Positions 39,928-49,481 of a stretch of 64,000 nt of DNA are shown piece by piece; within the stretch, counting starts at the first letter, position 1, and each line of letters begins with the position of its first letter. Source of the stretch: an uncultured virus (IMG/VR IMGVR_UViG_3300031992_002320). Lineage: Duplodnaviria > Heunggongvirae > Uroviricota > Caudoviricetes. Made by a program: the position numbers and the translations under genes. The DNA lies in the IMG/VR virus record IMGVR_UViG_3300031992_002320. One strand, 5' to 3'. Below the pieces are notes generated by a model. The model was given only the letters and a program-made list of their open reading frames with translations. It did not search any database and had not been told where the DNA came from.

Positions 39928-40593
39928 ATGAGATTTGATGGTGTAGTAGCTTTTTGTAAGGAGTATCGTCACACGATTGGGCTCGGTGCTGCAACTTTGT
40001 TGGTTTCTGTGCTTCTTGGTGGTAGCATTGCTTCAGCTCAGGCGGTAGCGATTGATGGTGCAATGGCTTATGCGGCGGATTATGAGGTTTCCGAGGATTC
40101 CGTTTCTGCAGAGGATGTTGTGGAGTTATGTGAGGAGCAAACCATCGTTGAGGATGTGGTTGTTTTCAGTGCGGCATCGGGGGCTGTTGATGTTCATGAT
40201 GTTGAGGCACCTCTTGCGGCGGAGCCCGTTGAGGAGGTTGTGGAGTCTGTTGAGGCTAAGCCGATTTTCGATGCTAATTGGTATGATATGATGGCATGTG
40301 TTGTTCAGGCCGAGGCTGGCAATCAGGAGTTTGTTGGTCAGGTTGCCGTGGCTTGGACGGTTGTTTGTAGGGGAGGTGCAAACCCGGACAACTATGTGGC
40401 TGTTATGACTTCTCCCGGTCAGTATGCGATGGCTTCGAGTGCGAGTGCGGAGTGTTATGCGGCGGTTGATTATGCGCTTGAGCATGGTGGGGAGCTTTTC
40501 CCGGATGACATGAAGTATTTCAGGACTAAGCATTATCACGACTTTGGTACTCCCTATATGCAGATTGGGGATCATTACTTCTCTTGTGATTAA
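39928..40593 (+). CDS. SleB/Hydrolase_2-family cell wall hydrolase with N-terminal signal/anchor
   Basis: VVQAEAGNQEFVGQVAVAWTVVCR (catalytic Glu), SPGQY, YF...IGDHYF, plus a hydrophobic N-terminal segment. Confidence 0.85.
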   Translation: MRFDGVVAFCKEYRHTIGLGAATLLVSVLLGGSIASAQAVAIDGAMAYAADYEVSEDSVSAEDVVELCEEQTIVEDVVVFSAASGAVDVHDVEAPLAAEPVEEVVESVEAKPIFDANWYDMMACVVQAEAGNQEFVGQVAVAWTVVCRGGANPDNYVAVMTSPGQYAMASSASAECYAAVDYALEHGGELFPDDMKYFRTKHYHDFGTPYMQIGDHYFSCD

Positions 40594-40614
40594 AAGGTTT
40601 GGAGGATTTTTAAG

Positions 40615-41304
40615 ATGCGTTTGGATGTTGATCTTGTTGATGGAACTCATAGGGTGCCGATGCGATTGGACCGCATGGAGTCAAATGAATTCATGAAGTT
40701 GCGTGACCATCTTGGCGTGGGTGAGCATTTGTTCTTGTTTGACTTCGGCAGTTATCGTAAGTTCTGTGAGGCCGAGGTTTGTGCAATGGTTGATAAGGAC
40801 TTCGGTGTTAAGTTCTGCAATGACTTGCGTGCGATGGGTAGTTCCTTGAGTTTCAATGATTGTTATCTTTGTATTTTGAAGTGGTACGATGAGATTCAGG
40901 ATATCTTGGATAGCTATGGCGGGGGTGTTGATGCCTCTTACTATAACAAGAATTATCATCTGGATTTCGAGTTTGGTGACTGTGAGGATATCATGACGAT
41001 GGTTGATATCATGTTTGGTGCCTTGGTCAGTGATATTCTCTCTGGTGTTCGTTATTTCCTTATGGGGCATCTCCGTTGTACAGGTGGTGTAGTTGGTGAG
41101 GAGGGTGTGTATCTCCGTTTTGCCAAGTCACGTGTTCTTGATAGGGACACCACAAATACCTTTATGCCGAGTAAGGAGTTTATGCGTAGGCATCTGCTTC
41201 ACTACTTTGATGAGCCTACGGTTGTGGATGTTAAGTTCACTTTCTTTGGTCATGTTATAAAGGCGGAATCGTCTTTTATGTTTGATGTTGGATTTTCTGT
41301 TTGA
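40615..41304 (+). CDS. hypothetical protein
   Basis: 229 aa ORF with GGAGG RBS. Confidence 0.6.
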   Translation: MRLDVDLVDGTHRVPMRLDRMESNEFMKLRDHLGVGEHLFLFDFGSYRKFCEAEVCAMVDKDFGVKFCNDLRAMGSSLSFNDCYLCILKWYDEIQDILDSYGGGVDASYYNKNYHLDFEFGDCEDIMTMVDIMFGALVSDILSGVRYFLMGHLRCTGGVVGEEGVYLRFAKSRVLDRDTTNTFMPSKEFMRRHLLHYFDEPTVVDVKFTFFGHVIKAESSFMFDVGFSV

Positions 41305-41318
41305 TGCTGGAGGTTGTT

Positions 41319-42398
41319 ATGAGACGCTTAGGTTTGTTGGTTGGTTTAATTTTTGCATTGGTGCTGAGTGGTTGTACGGCTCAGCCGGGGAATACTAATT
41401 TCCATGATGAGCATGTGATTGTTGAGGATGGTGAGGTTGGTGCCGAGGTTGGTACTGAGGTTAATACGGTTGTTGAGGATCGGGGTGACGAGGCTTCATC
41501 ATCTCCTAATTCGGCCATCTATTTTTCCGAGGTTCCGGAGTATTCTGGTTCAGCGGTTGTGGTGATGAACGATAATATTCCGTACTTCGATGATGGGTTC
41601 TTTGATGCTGCATCCGCGGGGGCTATGGAGTTCTATTCCGACTTAGATGACTATGGTCGTGTTGGTATGGCTTTTGCTTGTCTTGGTTTGGAGACTATGC
41701 CGGCTGAGGGTGAGGAGCGCGGTGAGATCGGAATGATTAAGCCTTCTGGATGGCACACCGTGAAGTATCCCGAAGTTATCAAGGATCTGTACTTGTACAA
41801 CAGATGTCATCTCATTGGGTGGCAGCTTGGTGCGGAGAATGATAATGAGTTAAACCTCATGACGGGCACTCGTTATCTCAATGTCGACGGGATGTTGCCG
41901 TTTGAGAATGCCGTAGCGGATTATATTACCTCTACTGGCAATCATGTGGTTTATCGTATCACCCCCGATTTCCGTGAGGATGAGCTTGTAGCCCGTGGGC
42001 TTCTGATGGAGGCTCGTTCCGTTGAGGATAATGGGTGTGTGTTCTGTGTTTATTGTTATAATGTTCAGCCGGGTGTTTGCATTGATTATGCAACGGGTGA
42101 TAGTTGGTTAGAGGATGAGACTGGTGATTCTACGTATAATACGGAGTTCTCTGATGAGGGAGAGTCGAGCAGTGATTCCGAGTTCGTTGATGATGTGGAG
42201 ACAGTTTCGAATGAGGCGGGATTTAATTCAGAGGGCCTTTACCGTTATGTTCTCAATACCAACTCTATGAAGGTTCACTTGCCGAGTTGTGAGAGTGTTG
42301 AGCGCATTTCGGCTGGTAATATCGCATATAGTGAGGAGTCCTTGGAGGAGTTGGAGGCCGAGGGTTATGAGCCTTGCAAGATCTGTTTGGATCACTAA
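41319..42398 (+). CDS. lipoprotein DNA/RNA non-specific endonuclease (EndA/DNA-entry nuclease type) with C-terminal metal-binding domain
   Basis: Lipobox VLSGC. YNRCHLIGWQLGAENDNELNLMTGTRYLN active site. C-terminal YVLNTNSMKVHLPSC...GYEPCKIC. Confidence 0.9.
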   Translation: MRRLGLLVGLIFALVLSGCTAQPGNTNFHDEHVIVEDGEVGAEVGTEVNTVVEDRGDEASSSPNSAIYFSEVPEYSGSAVVVMNDNIPYFDDGFFDAASAGAMEFYSDLDDYGRVGMAFACLGLETMPAEGEERGEIGMIKPSGWHTVKYPEVIKDLYLYNRCHLIGWQLGAENDNELNLMTGTRYLNVDGMLPFENAVADYITSTGNHVVYRITPDFREDELVARGLLMEARSVEDNGCVFCVYCYNVQPGVCIDYATGDSWLEDETGDSTYNTEFSDEGESSSDSEFVDDVETVSNEAGFNSEGLYRYVLNTNSMKVHLPSCESVERISAGNIAYSEESLEELEAEGYEPCKICLDH

Positions 42399-42410
42399 GT
42401 TTGTGGGAGG

Positions 42411-43082
42411 TTGATTGTTATGGGTGTTTGTTATCTTTTGCCGGGAGTTAAAGAGGCTGGGGACGGTAGTTACAACATTTTTGTGAGTATCTATCGTAGC
42501 CCGAGGGTGGCCGCTAAGGTTGTTGGTAGGTATGTTTATAACATTCCCGGAGGTTATGTTGAGTCGCTGCTTGAGAGGCTTGCATCCGAGGAGGGAATCG
42601 CGGAAGTTACACGAGAAGAGCTTATGAGACCTATGGGGAAAGGTCATCTCCGTGCGTATTTAGATGTGCTCGGAATCTGTAAGTTCCTTGAGGAGAAGGG
42701 TTCTTTGCTCGTTAGTGCTCTTGGTTGTGATCATGTGGTTTGCTTACCCATCGGTGGCAAGGAGGGGCAGGTGTACGAGTGTATGATGCGTTCCCTTGTT
42801 GACATGGAGGATGTGAGTATCGAGCAGGGTAAGTTTGGGATATATAAGGTTCATAACTTTGTGGAGAGCATTGATCTATCAACTTTTCGTAGCCGTCTGG
42901 GTTATGTATTAAGTGATGGGGCGTTCTCTGTCAGCTACTGGACCTTGGGTAAGTATCTATCCGCCCTTGGTATGGAGGGTGTTCGTACCCGTAAGCTCAC
43001 GCTTCGTGGCCGTAGTGGTAGTGATATCTTCATTCCGTTGGAGGGTGACCTCAAGGGTGCGGAGAAGTCGACCATTTGTTGA
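42411..43082 (+). CDS. hypothetical protein
   Basis: ~220 aa ORF with GGGAGG RBS. Confidence 0.6.
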   Translation: MIVMGVCYLLPGVKEAGDGSYNIFVSIYRSPRVAAKVVGRYVYNIPGGYVESLLERLASEEGIAEVTREELMRPMGKGHLRAYLDVLGICKFLEEKGSLLVSALGCDHVVCLPIGGKEGQVYECMMRSLVDMEDVSIEQGKFGIYKVHNFVESIDLSTFRSRLGYVLSDGAFSVSYWTLGKYLSALGMEGVRTRKLTLRGRSGSDIFIPLEGDLKGAEKSTIC

Positions 43083-43113
43083 TGTTGTTAGTTAATGTTA
43101 TACCGATTTTGGG

Positions 43114-43142
43114 TTGACTTTCCATATTTCGTATGTTATATT
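43114..43142 (+). promoter_or_regulatory. sigmaA-type promoter with extended -10
   Basis: TTGACT-17 bp-TATATT with TGn. Confidence 0.8.
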
Positions 43143-43188
43143 GAGTTTACAAGCTGTTCTATCAAAACTTTTTTAGGAGGATTTTATT

Positions 43189-44115
43189 ATGTCACTTATG
43201 TCAGATGTTAAGAGAATGTATGTGAGAGATGATTCACCTTTTAAGGGGCTTCTCACCGCACCCAACAGAGGTCAGGGATGCTGGCTCAATGCTTGGTTTA
43301 CCAAGGATGGTATCCTTGCTCTTGCCAAGTCTGTTGATGAGGATCAGGTTTTCGCATCCAAGGTTGCGGCTAAGCTCAAGGAGCTCGGTAAGACCGTGAA
43401 GGTTGGTGCCAACTCTTTTGATATCGATCTTGTTACTATGGCTCTTCCGTTCTGGGGTTACCGTGTTGCTCACGGTATGGTTCCCGGCAAGTGGAATGCT
43501 CATGGTTTCTTCTGTCCGGCGGAGCATGGTATTCGTTCCATCATGAGAACATATAAGTGTCTTGATGCTTTCATCCGTGATTTCAAGGCTATCAAGGCCA
43601 CGAGTGGAACTCTTAAGGGTATCGGTTTTGGTATCAGTAAGGGTGGTATCGTTCTTGACCTCAGTGGTTCATTCTTCTGTGATTCCAAGGCTGGTTTTGC
43701 GGGCATTGTAGCTCCGAAGACTTATTTCGGTGGTGAGGCTCTTGAGCCCGAGAAGGTTATGATCAAGAAGCTCGATTCCGAGGGTGGTGATTTCGATTAT
43801 GACCGTGCGGCTGAGATTCTTGTTCTCAAGAGTATTCTTGGTTCTGGTGCGGTTGATGTCATCAGTGAGGTTTCCAAGAGACTTCGTGCGGCTGATAATG
43901 CTCTGAAGGTTAAGGAGACCAAGGAGGTTGAGAAGTCCGAGGCCGAGGCTGAGTTTCATGATGCCAAGGGTGAGGTTGCTGATGCTGCCGAGGGTGCTGT
44001 TGACGAGTTTGATGTTATCGGGGATCCTGAGGATAATTCCGTTGCTGATACTTCTGCTCTTGGTGAGGCTGTGGAGTCTGCGATTTCCGAGTCTCTGCCT
44101 GAGATGCAGGGTTAA
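43189..44115 (+). CDS. hypothetical protein with acidic C-terminal tail, probably highly expressed
   Basis: Own promoter, TAGGAGG RBS, biased codons. First gene of the polymerase operon. Confidence 0.7.
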   Translation: MSLMSDVKRMYVRDDSPFKGLLTAPNRGQGCWLNAWFTKDGILALAKSVDEDQVFASKVAAKLKELGKTVKVGANSFDIDLVTMALPFWGYRVAHGMVPGKWNAHGFFCPAEHGIRSIMRTYKCLDAFIRDFKAIKATSGTLKGIGFGISKGGIVLDLSGSFFCDSKAGFAGIVAPKTYFGGEALEPEKVMIKKLDSEGGDFDYDRAAEILVLKSILGSGAVDVISEVSKRLRAADNALKVKETKEVEKSEAEAEFHDAKGEVADAAEGAVDEFDVIGDPEDNSVADTSALGEAVESAISESLPEMQG

Positions 44116-44150
44116 TGTTTCATTGATGATTTTGACTGGTGGAGTTGAGT

Positions 44151-47100
44151 ATGGATAGTTTTCGTGATCCTTGTGATGTAAGTGGTATTTGGAGATTTGG
44201 TGAGAGGCGTGATGGTACCTCCTACTTTGACCTTTGGGAAGGCATTAAGGCTTCCACGAGGTCTGTGGAGGAAGTCATGGCCTCTCATGACTTTTCTTGG
44301 ATGAAGGACGTGGAGTATCACGTCATTACGGATGAGGTGGAGTTCGAGCGTGTGGTTTCTGATTTGGAGGCATTGCCCCTTGATCATTTAATCGCATACG
44401 ATACCGAGACCACTGGTCTGTATGTAACTGCAATGGGTAAGCGTAAGTCGGGTTATGAGAAGATAATGCTCGACGCTTACAATTCCGGTGATAGGACACA
44501 CTATCTGCTTGATAGGATGGTGTGTTTGATTTTCAGTTATAAAGTTGGACAGAGTTTTGTCTTTATGTGTGGGGATACCCACTTTCATAATCTTTATGAG
44601 TTGTCGCCCGATATTTGTGGTGATGCAATCTTGCTCAACATTATGCGAGAGCGCAGGGCGGTGCTCATTGATAGGATTATCGATTCTTATAAATCCGATC
44701 CGTCGTATGGTGATCCCGATTTGCGTCGTTATTTCCTTGGGGTGGCTGCCGAGTGTGAGCGCCGTGGGGATAAGATTCCTTATGATGGTGTGGATTGTGA
44801 TCTTCTTGTTATGGAGCGTCTTAGGACTTTCTTGGAGACGCATGCATTCGTTGGTGCCAATGCCGGATTCGACTGGATGGTGAGTCAGCTTTATGGCATC
44901 GATCCCAATTTCGTTGAGGATGTTAATACTCTTGCGAATATGTTGTTCAAGTATGGTGGCTTTGAGAACCCGATGGGGCCGGGGCAGGTGGCTTCCCTTA
45001 AGAAGTTGACTCGTTCTTTGGTGGGTGTGGATCAGGCCGACTTGGATATTTTCTTCCCGGAAGTTCCGAAGGATGGTTATACCTTGAAGACTTTGGCGGG
45101 GGGTAAGAACAGTGGTAGGTTACAGCAGGTTTCTGTTGAGGGCTTGATGGCTCTGAAGGCTGAGAAGGATAGGTTCAAGAACCATTCCTTGGATGTTGGC
45201 CGTATGAAGGCTGTTGATAAGTTATACATGATTGACTTCTCATTGTTTGAGACCACGGATTTGGTGTATCTGTATGCACCCGCCGATGGTGATATGACTT
45301 TGAGGGTTTGTCAGAGTTTGCATGAGGTTGTGAAGCGTGAGGGCTTTGAGGATCAGTTGTTCACTTATGGGCTTCAGGTCATGGCGGATCTTGCATGTGC
45401 TTATGCAAGTTTCTATGGTTTGTGTTTTGATATTGACGGTATCCGTGCCGAGGATATGCATGTCAGTGTTTGTATGCCGGGTGATGAGTATGCCTTTTAC
45501 AAGGCCATCGGTGAGGGTTCTGATGCCGAGGATGAGTTCTATGCTTCGGAGTATTATCAGAATGTCCGTGCGATGTCCTTTATCGGTGTGGAGAATGGTG
45601 AGGCAATCGTTAATGATTGTTTGAAGAAGGCTTGGGAGCTTCGTGCTCAGCGTGGTGCCGGTCTTAATTTGGATTCTCCGAAGCAGATGTCGGAGTTCTT
45701 CTACGATGTTGAGAAGGCACCTCCATCTCCGAAGAGTAAGCCTCGTTCCGTTGATGGTGAGGCTCTTGAGTTCTGGGCCAAGTGTAATCCTATGCCGCGT
45801 GGTGTTAAGGAGCTTCTTCGTTTTAAGGATACCAAGTCGGCGAAGGAGAAGTTCTATACAGGTCTTGTTTATGCGGCTTATCCGGGTGGGTTTGTATTCC
45901 CCGGTTTCAATGTTATCGGTGCTGCAACGGGCCGTATGAGTAGTTCAGGGCCTAATGCTCAGCAGTTTCCGCCTGAGGTTTCCAAGCATATTATTGCAAG
46001 GCCGGGGTTCATGATGTTGGACAGTGATTATTCACAGATTGAGCTTCGAGTTATGGCGGCGATGGCACATGATGTGGAGTACATGCGTGATATGGGTGAT
46101 CCCGAGATGGATTGTCACAGGCGTCTGGCATCGATTCTGAATAATGTCAATGAGATGTCTGTTACGAAGCCCATGCGTAACACTTGTAAGAGTTTGAATT
46201 TCGCGATTCCTTATGGTATGTCGACCTCGACTCTGCGTTGGCAGTTGTTCCCGGATCCGACCTACAACAAGGATGTGGCTATGCTCGATACGAAGAAGCG
46301 TTATGATGCTTATTTCCGTGAGCAGCCTTATATCCGTGAGTTCTTTGATGGGATTAAGTCGGGTTGTCGTGCCCGTGGTATTGTTAACACCTATTTCGGT
46401 TGGCGTCGTGCGATTGATATCGACAGGGTTGAGACGGTTGCCGTTAATACTGTCATACAGGGTACTGCTGCCGAGATTTTCAAGATTGGTCTTTGTAGGT
46501 TGTTCGAGTATATCCGCCGTTGGAAGCTGTTTGGCTTACTTCTGATTGTGGATCTCATTCACGATGAGCAGGTTCACGAGGCTTCTCTTGCTTTGGATGT
46601 TCGTAAGGTTGTGGCTGCCGCCACGGCTTGTATGAATGTTCGTATTGAGGGCTTTCCGAGGTTGTGGGTTGCGTGTACGATGGGTGATACCCTTTATGGT
46701 GCGAAGAAGGAGGAGCAGTATTCACTCCATTCCGCTTATCTTCAGAGGTTACACCACGAATTTCCTTTGACTGAGGGGCCTTGGTTGGATGATGAGTCTG
46801 ATAGGCGTGATGAGAGGGGTTGGCAGGAGTTTCTGCAGAGTGAGAATGATAAGTTCCTTGATACCCTTTATACTCCGTCTCGTTTCTTACTGATGATGGC
46901 CGGTAGCATGACGGGTGTCAAGAAGGGTACCGTGTTCGGTGTTGGTTTGCGTAAGCTCGTTGGTGATGATTTGGAGAAGGCCAAGGGTTTGGTTCGTGCC
47001 TATGTGGAGTCACACGGTTTGGTTATTCCGAGGGAGTGTATCTTCGATAGGGAGCTTGCCACCTCTTGTGAGGTTGAGGTTGATTCTGCGGTAGGTGAGG

Positions 47101-47606
47101 TTCTCGCCGGCAGACGTAGTTTCAAGGATTTGAGTGTGGATGATCTTCAGCCTTATGTTCTTTGTGGGGATTATGTTTACTGTGATTCGTTGTACAATCG
47201 TTTTGCAGAGCTGGGTATGTCCATTGATGGCCTGCTCGCTGATATGGAACAGATTTGGAATGCTGATATCGGTGTGAGTGAGGAGGATTCCGATGAGGAT
47301 GCCGAAGGTCAGTTGTCATCGTTTGAGCGTACCGAGGTTATGAGACTTGCGGTTGATACGACCTTGCAGGCCGTTGGTTGGGCTGTTGGTGATGGTGTTT
47401 GTGTCATCGTTGAGGAGAAGTTCCGTGATCAGATGGATGCATTTAAGGTTGTGTGTCGTGAGGACTCTGGTTATACCTTGGTATCCGTTTCTCTTGAGGG
47501 CTTGGATGCGCTCAAGTTTGATGGGGATACTCAGTTGGATGTTAAGTACATTGGTGACTGTGAATTGGATGATTTCTTTGGTATTGTGAAGTTTGGTGGT
47601 GTGTGA
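44151..47606 (+). CDS. polA: family A DNA polymerase, phage type (3'-5' exonuclease + polymerase, no 5'-3' exonuclease)
   Basis: ExoI AYDTETTGL, ExoII GANAGFD, ExoIII YAPADG. ATGRMSSSGPNAQQFP, motif A DSDYSQIELR, motif B RNTCKSLNFAIPYG, NTVIQGTAA, motif C IHDE. Confidence 0.95.
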   Translation: MDSFRDPCDVSGIWRFGERRDGTSYFDLWEGIKASTRSVEEVMASHDFSWMKDVEYHVITDEVEFERVVSDLEALPLDHLIAYDTETTGLYVTAMGKRKSGYEKIMLDAYNSGDRTHYLLDRMVCLIFSYKVGQSFVFMCGDTHFHNLYELSPDICGDAILLNIMRERRAVLIDRIIDSYKSDPSYGDPDLRRYFLGVAAECERRGDKIPYDGVDCDLLVMERLRTFLETHAFVGANAGFDWMVSQLYGIDPNFVEDVNTLANMLFKYGGFENPMGPGQVASLKKLTRSLVGVDQADLDIFFPEVPKDGYTLKTLAGGKNSGRLQQVSVEGLMALKAEKDRFKNHSLDVGRMKAVDKLYMIDFSLFETTDLVYLYAPADGDMTLRVCQSLHEVVKREGFEDQLFTYGLQVMADLACAYASFYGLCFDIDGIRAEDMHVSVCMPGDEYAFYKAIGEGSDAEDEFYASEYYQNVRAMSFIGVENGEAIVNDCLKKAWELRAQRGAGLNLDSPKQMSEFFYDVEKAPPSPKSKPRSVDGEALEFWAKCNPMPRGVKELLRFKDTKSAKEKFYTGLVYAAYPGGFVFPGFNVIGAATGRMSSSGPNAQQFPPEVSKHIIARPGFMMLDSDYSQIELRVMAAMAHDVEYMRDMGDPEMDCHRRLASILNNVNEMSVTKPMRNTCKSLNFAIPYGMSTSTLRWQLFPDPTYNKDVAMLDTKKRYDAYFREQPYIREFFDGIKSGCRARGIVNTYFGWRRAIDIDRVETVAVNTVIQGTAAEIFKIGLCRLFEYIRRWKLFGLLLIVDLIHDEQVHEASLALDVRKVVAAATACMNVRIEGFPRLWVACTMGDTLYGAKKEEQYSLHSAYLQRLHHEFPLTEGPWLDDESDRRDERGWQEFLQSENDKFLDTLYTPSRFLLMMAGSMTGVKKGTVFGVGLRKLVGDDLEKAKGLVRAYVESHGLVIPRECIFDRELATSCEVEVDSAVGEVLAGRRSFKDLSVDDLQPYVLCGDYVYCDSLYNRFAELGMSIDGLLADMEQIWNADIGVSEEDSDEDAEGQLSSFERTEVMRLAVDTTLQAVGWAVGDGVCVIVEEKFRDQMDAFKVVCREDSGYTLVSVSLEGLDALKFDGDTQLDVKYIGDCELDDFFGIVKFGGV

Positions 47607-47607
47607 T

Positions 47608-48279
47608 ATGGGACCTTTTGAGAGTTTTATAAAAGATCATATGTCGGGTGTTCTGCTTTTCGATTATCGTGTTCTCGGCAAGGAGTTTGATGCTTCTGGA
47701 GGATGGATGGCAGAGGCGGAGAGGCGTGCCGCTTTGGTTCGTGTTGATTCCGGTGCGATGTATCGTGCATTAGTGGAGGGTAGGGTTCTGCTTTGTTGTT
47801 ATGGTGGGATCAAATTCTCTGCTCTGCAGGATAAGGTCAAGGCTGGTGAGGAGGTTATCGATTGTGGAACTGCCGAGGGGCTTGTGAGTGCGAAGAGCAT
47901 GTGCAAGAGTCTTATGGGTGTTAATGGATCCACGGGGTGTCTTGCAGGAGCCATTGATACGAGTTGGGTGGTGCTGTTTGTGCCCTTGAGTGTTAAGGTT
48001 AGTCATACAGATGCCGGGGTTGAGGTTGTGGCGAATGTTGATGCTATGCGTGAGCTTGGGGCATCATGTGTTAGGACCTTGCTCGGTGGTGAGGGCATCG
48101 AACTTTCGAAGCTCGGACTTTATTTCGATAAAGGTCAGGTATTTATGTTATCGAATGGTGTGCAGGCCTTTTGTGGGGCCTACGGTTCGGATGTAGGTAC
48201 TGGTATGGGAATCTCGCCCCTTTATGTGTGTAAGTTGAATGAGTCCGTACCCGTTGCGGGGTTATTGGATGTGGGTTGA
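47608..48279 (+). CDS. hypothetical protein
   Basis: ~223 aa ORF immediately after polA. Start uncertain. Confidence 0.55.
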   Translation: MGPFESFIKDHMSGVLLFDYRVLGKEFDASGGWMAEAERRAALVRVDSGAMYRALVEGRVLLCCYGGIKFSALQDKVKAGEEVIDCGTAEGLVSAKSMCKSLMGVNGSTGCLAGAIDTSWVVLFVPLSVKVSHTDAGVEVVANVDAMRELGASCVRTLLGGEGIELSKLGLYFDKGQVFMLSNGVQAFCGAYGSDVGTGMGISPLYVCKLNESVPVAGLLDVG

Positions 48280-48306
48280 TTCCTTGGATGATTTGGAGGA
48301 TTAATT

Positions 48307-49083
48307 TTGGCATCTGTTGTTTCTATGCGGGAGTCATTCTTCGCTAATATCCATTCAAATTTGGATAATGCTCTGGCCGTGAGGGATTTCTTCACAGAGT
48401 GGCAGGGTATTTTTGTTTCCCATTTTGGGCTTGATTCTGCATATGGTGATATAATTCGGGGGTATCTCTGTGTTGAGAGGGGTATCTCCGAGGTTATTCT
48501 TCGCAAGGTGGGCGTGTTTTATCTGCCTGAGGGCTTCATGGGGCTCTTTGGCGGGGATGAGGCGACTATTTCCTTGTTGGGCGTCGACGAGGGCCACACG
48601 GGGCGTGTGTGCTTCCCTTGGTGGGGTTTTGACGGCAAGGTGTGTGGTTGGTCTGGTAGATGCCTTGAGGGGGATTTTGGGGGCAAATACCGTTCCTTTA
48701 GTGCGAGGTTTTTTCATCCCGGCGGAGTGTTCTTTGGTGAGGGTAAATTCTGTTCTTGCAAGGGTTCTACCTTGGTATTGTTAGAGGGTGTTTTGGATGT
48801 CTTATCCTATGCGGATGCTTGTCTTTCCACGGGGGTTGTTTGTGGGGAGCCTTCGATGTCGGCGGTTTCCCTTGGTACTTCTCTTGTTGGGGGTGTTGGC
48901 ATTCAGCGTCTGAAGTATTTGGTCCGTGGTTTTGATAAGGTATTGTATTGTGCTGATGCGGATGCTGCGGGCTTGGAGTCATTGAAGGTTGTGTCCGATG
49001 TGCTGGGTGATTCCGTGGATCTTGGGGTTCTGCGGTTGCCCGAGGGTTGTAAGGATTTCAATGATTTCTGGCGTTCTCGTTGA
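48307..49083 (+). CDS. DnaG-type primase catalytic core (TOPRIM) lacking the zinc-binding domain
   Basis: GRVCFPW...GKVCGWSGR...KY, LVLLEGVLDVLS, SLGTS, YCADADAAG, KDFNDF. Confidence 0.85.
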   Translation: MASVVSMRESFFANIHSNLDNALAVRDFFTEWQGIFVSHFGLDSAYGDIIRGYLCVERGISEVILRKVGVFYLPEGFMGLFGGDEATISLLGVDEGHTGRVCFPWWGFDGKVCGWSGRCLEGDFGGKYRSFSARFFHPGGVFFGEGKFCSCKGSTLVLLEGVLDVLSYADACLSTGVVCGEPSMSAVSLGTSLVGGVGIQRLKYLVRGFDKVLYCADADAAGLESLKVVSDVLGDSVDLGVLRLPEGCKDFNDFWRSR

Positions 49084-49142
49084 TGTGTTTCAGTGTGGAG
49101 ATTGATATGGTTTGTAGGATTTTGGTATGAGTATCTATTGTT

Positions 49143-49170
49143 AAAGCCACTTGAGTTTCAGTGGCTTTTT
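49143..49170 (+). terminator. intrinsic terminator
   Basis: AAAGCCACT-TGAGTTTC-AGTGGCTTT followed by TT. Confidence 0.7.
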
Positions 49171-49407
49171 GTTGTGTCTTGGGGGCATTCGTATGGTTTC
49201 TGTGCTGATGTGGTTGTTTGGGGCTTTGGTCTGTTGTGAGGCGTTGAAGAACATGGGAATGCGTCGGGGCCTTGTGTTTATTGGGTTTGTGGGGCTTTGT
49301 GTGATTGTGGATCATGTGTTTTTATGGATCCGGGAAAAGAGGCAATCCCCGGAAGAGCCCACCAACGCTGGGTTTCATAAAAATAAAAAATAAATTTGTT
49401 TCAGGGG

Positions 49408-49436
49408 TTGACTTGAATGTTTGACTATGTTATATT
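49408..49436 (+). promoter_or_regulatory. strong sigmaA-type promoter with extended -10 and upstream A-tract (UP element)
   Basis: TTGACT-17 bp-TATATT with TGn. AAAAATAAAAAATAAA at about 49379-49394. Confidence 0.8.
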
Positions 49437-49481
49437 GTTTTTGGGTGGAAAACCCCGATAGGGTTTTAGAAAGGAGTGTAT

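Noticed and set aside
44151..47606. Intein in the polymerase
   Set aside because: Insertions lack a C/S start with an HN-(C/S/T) end and LAGLIDADG motifs, and the polymerase motifs are normally spaced.
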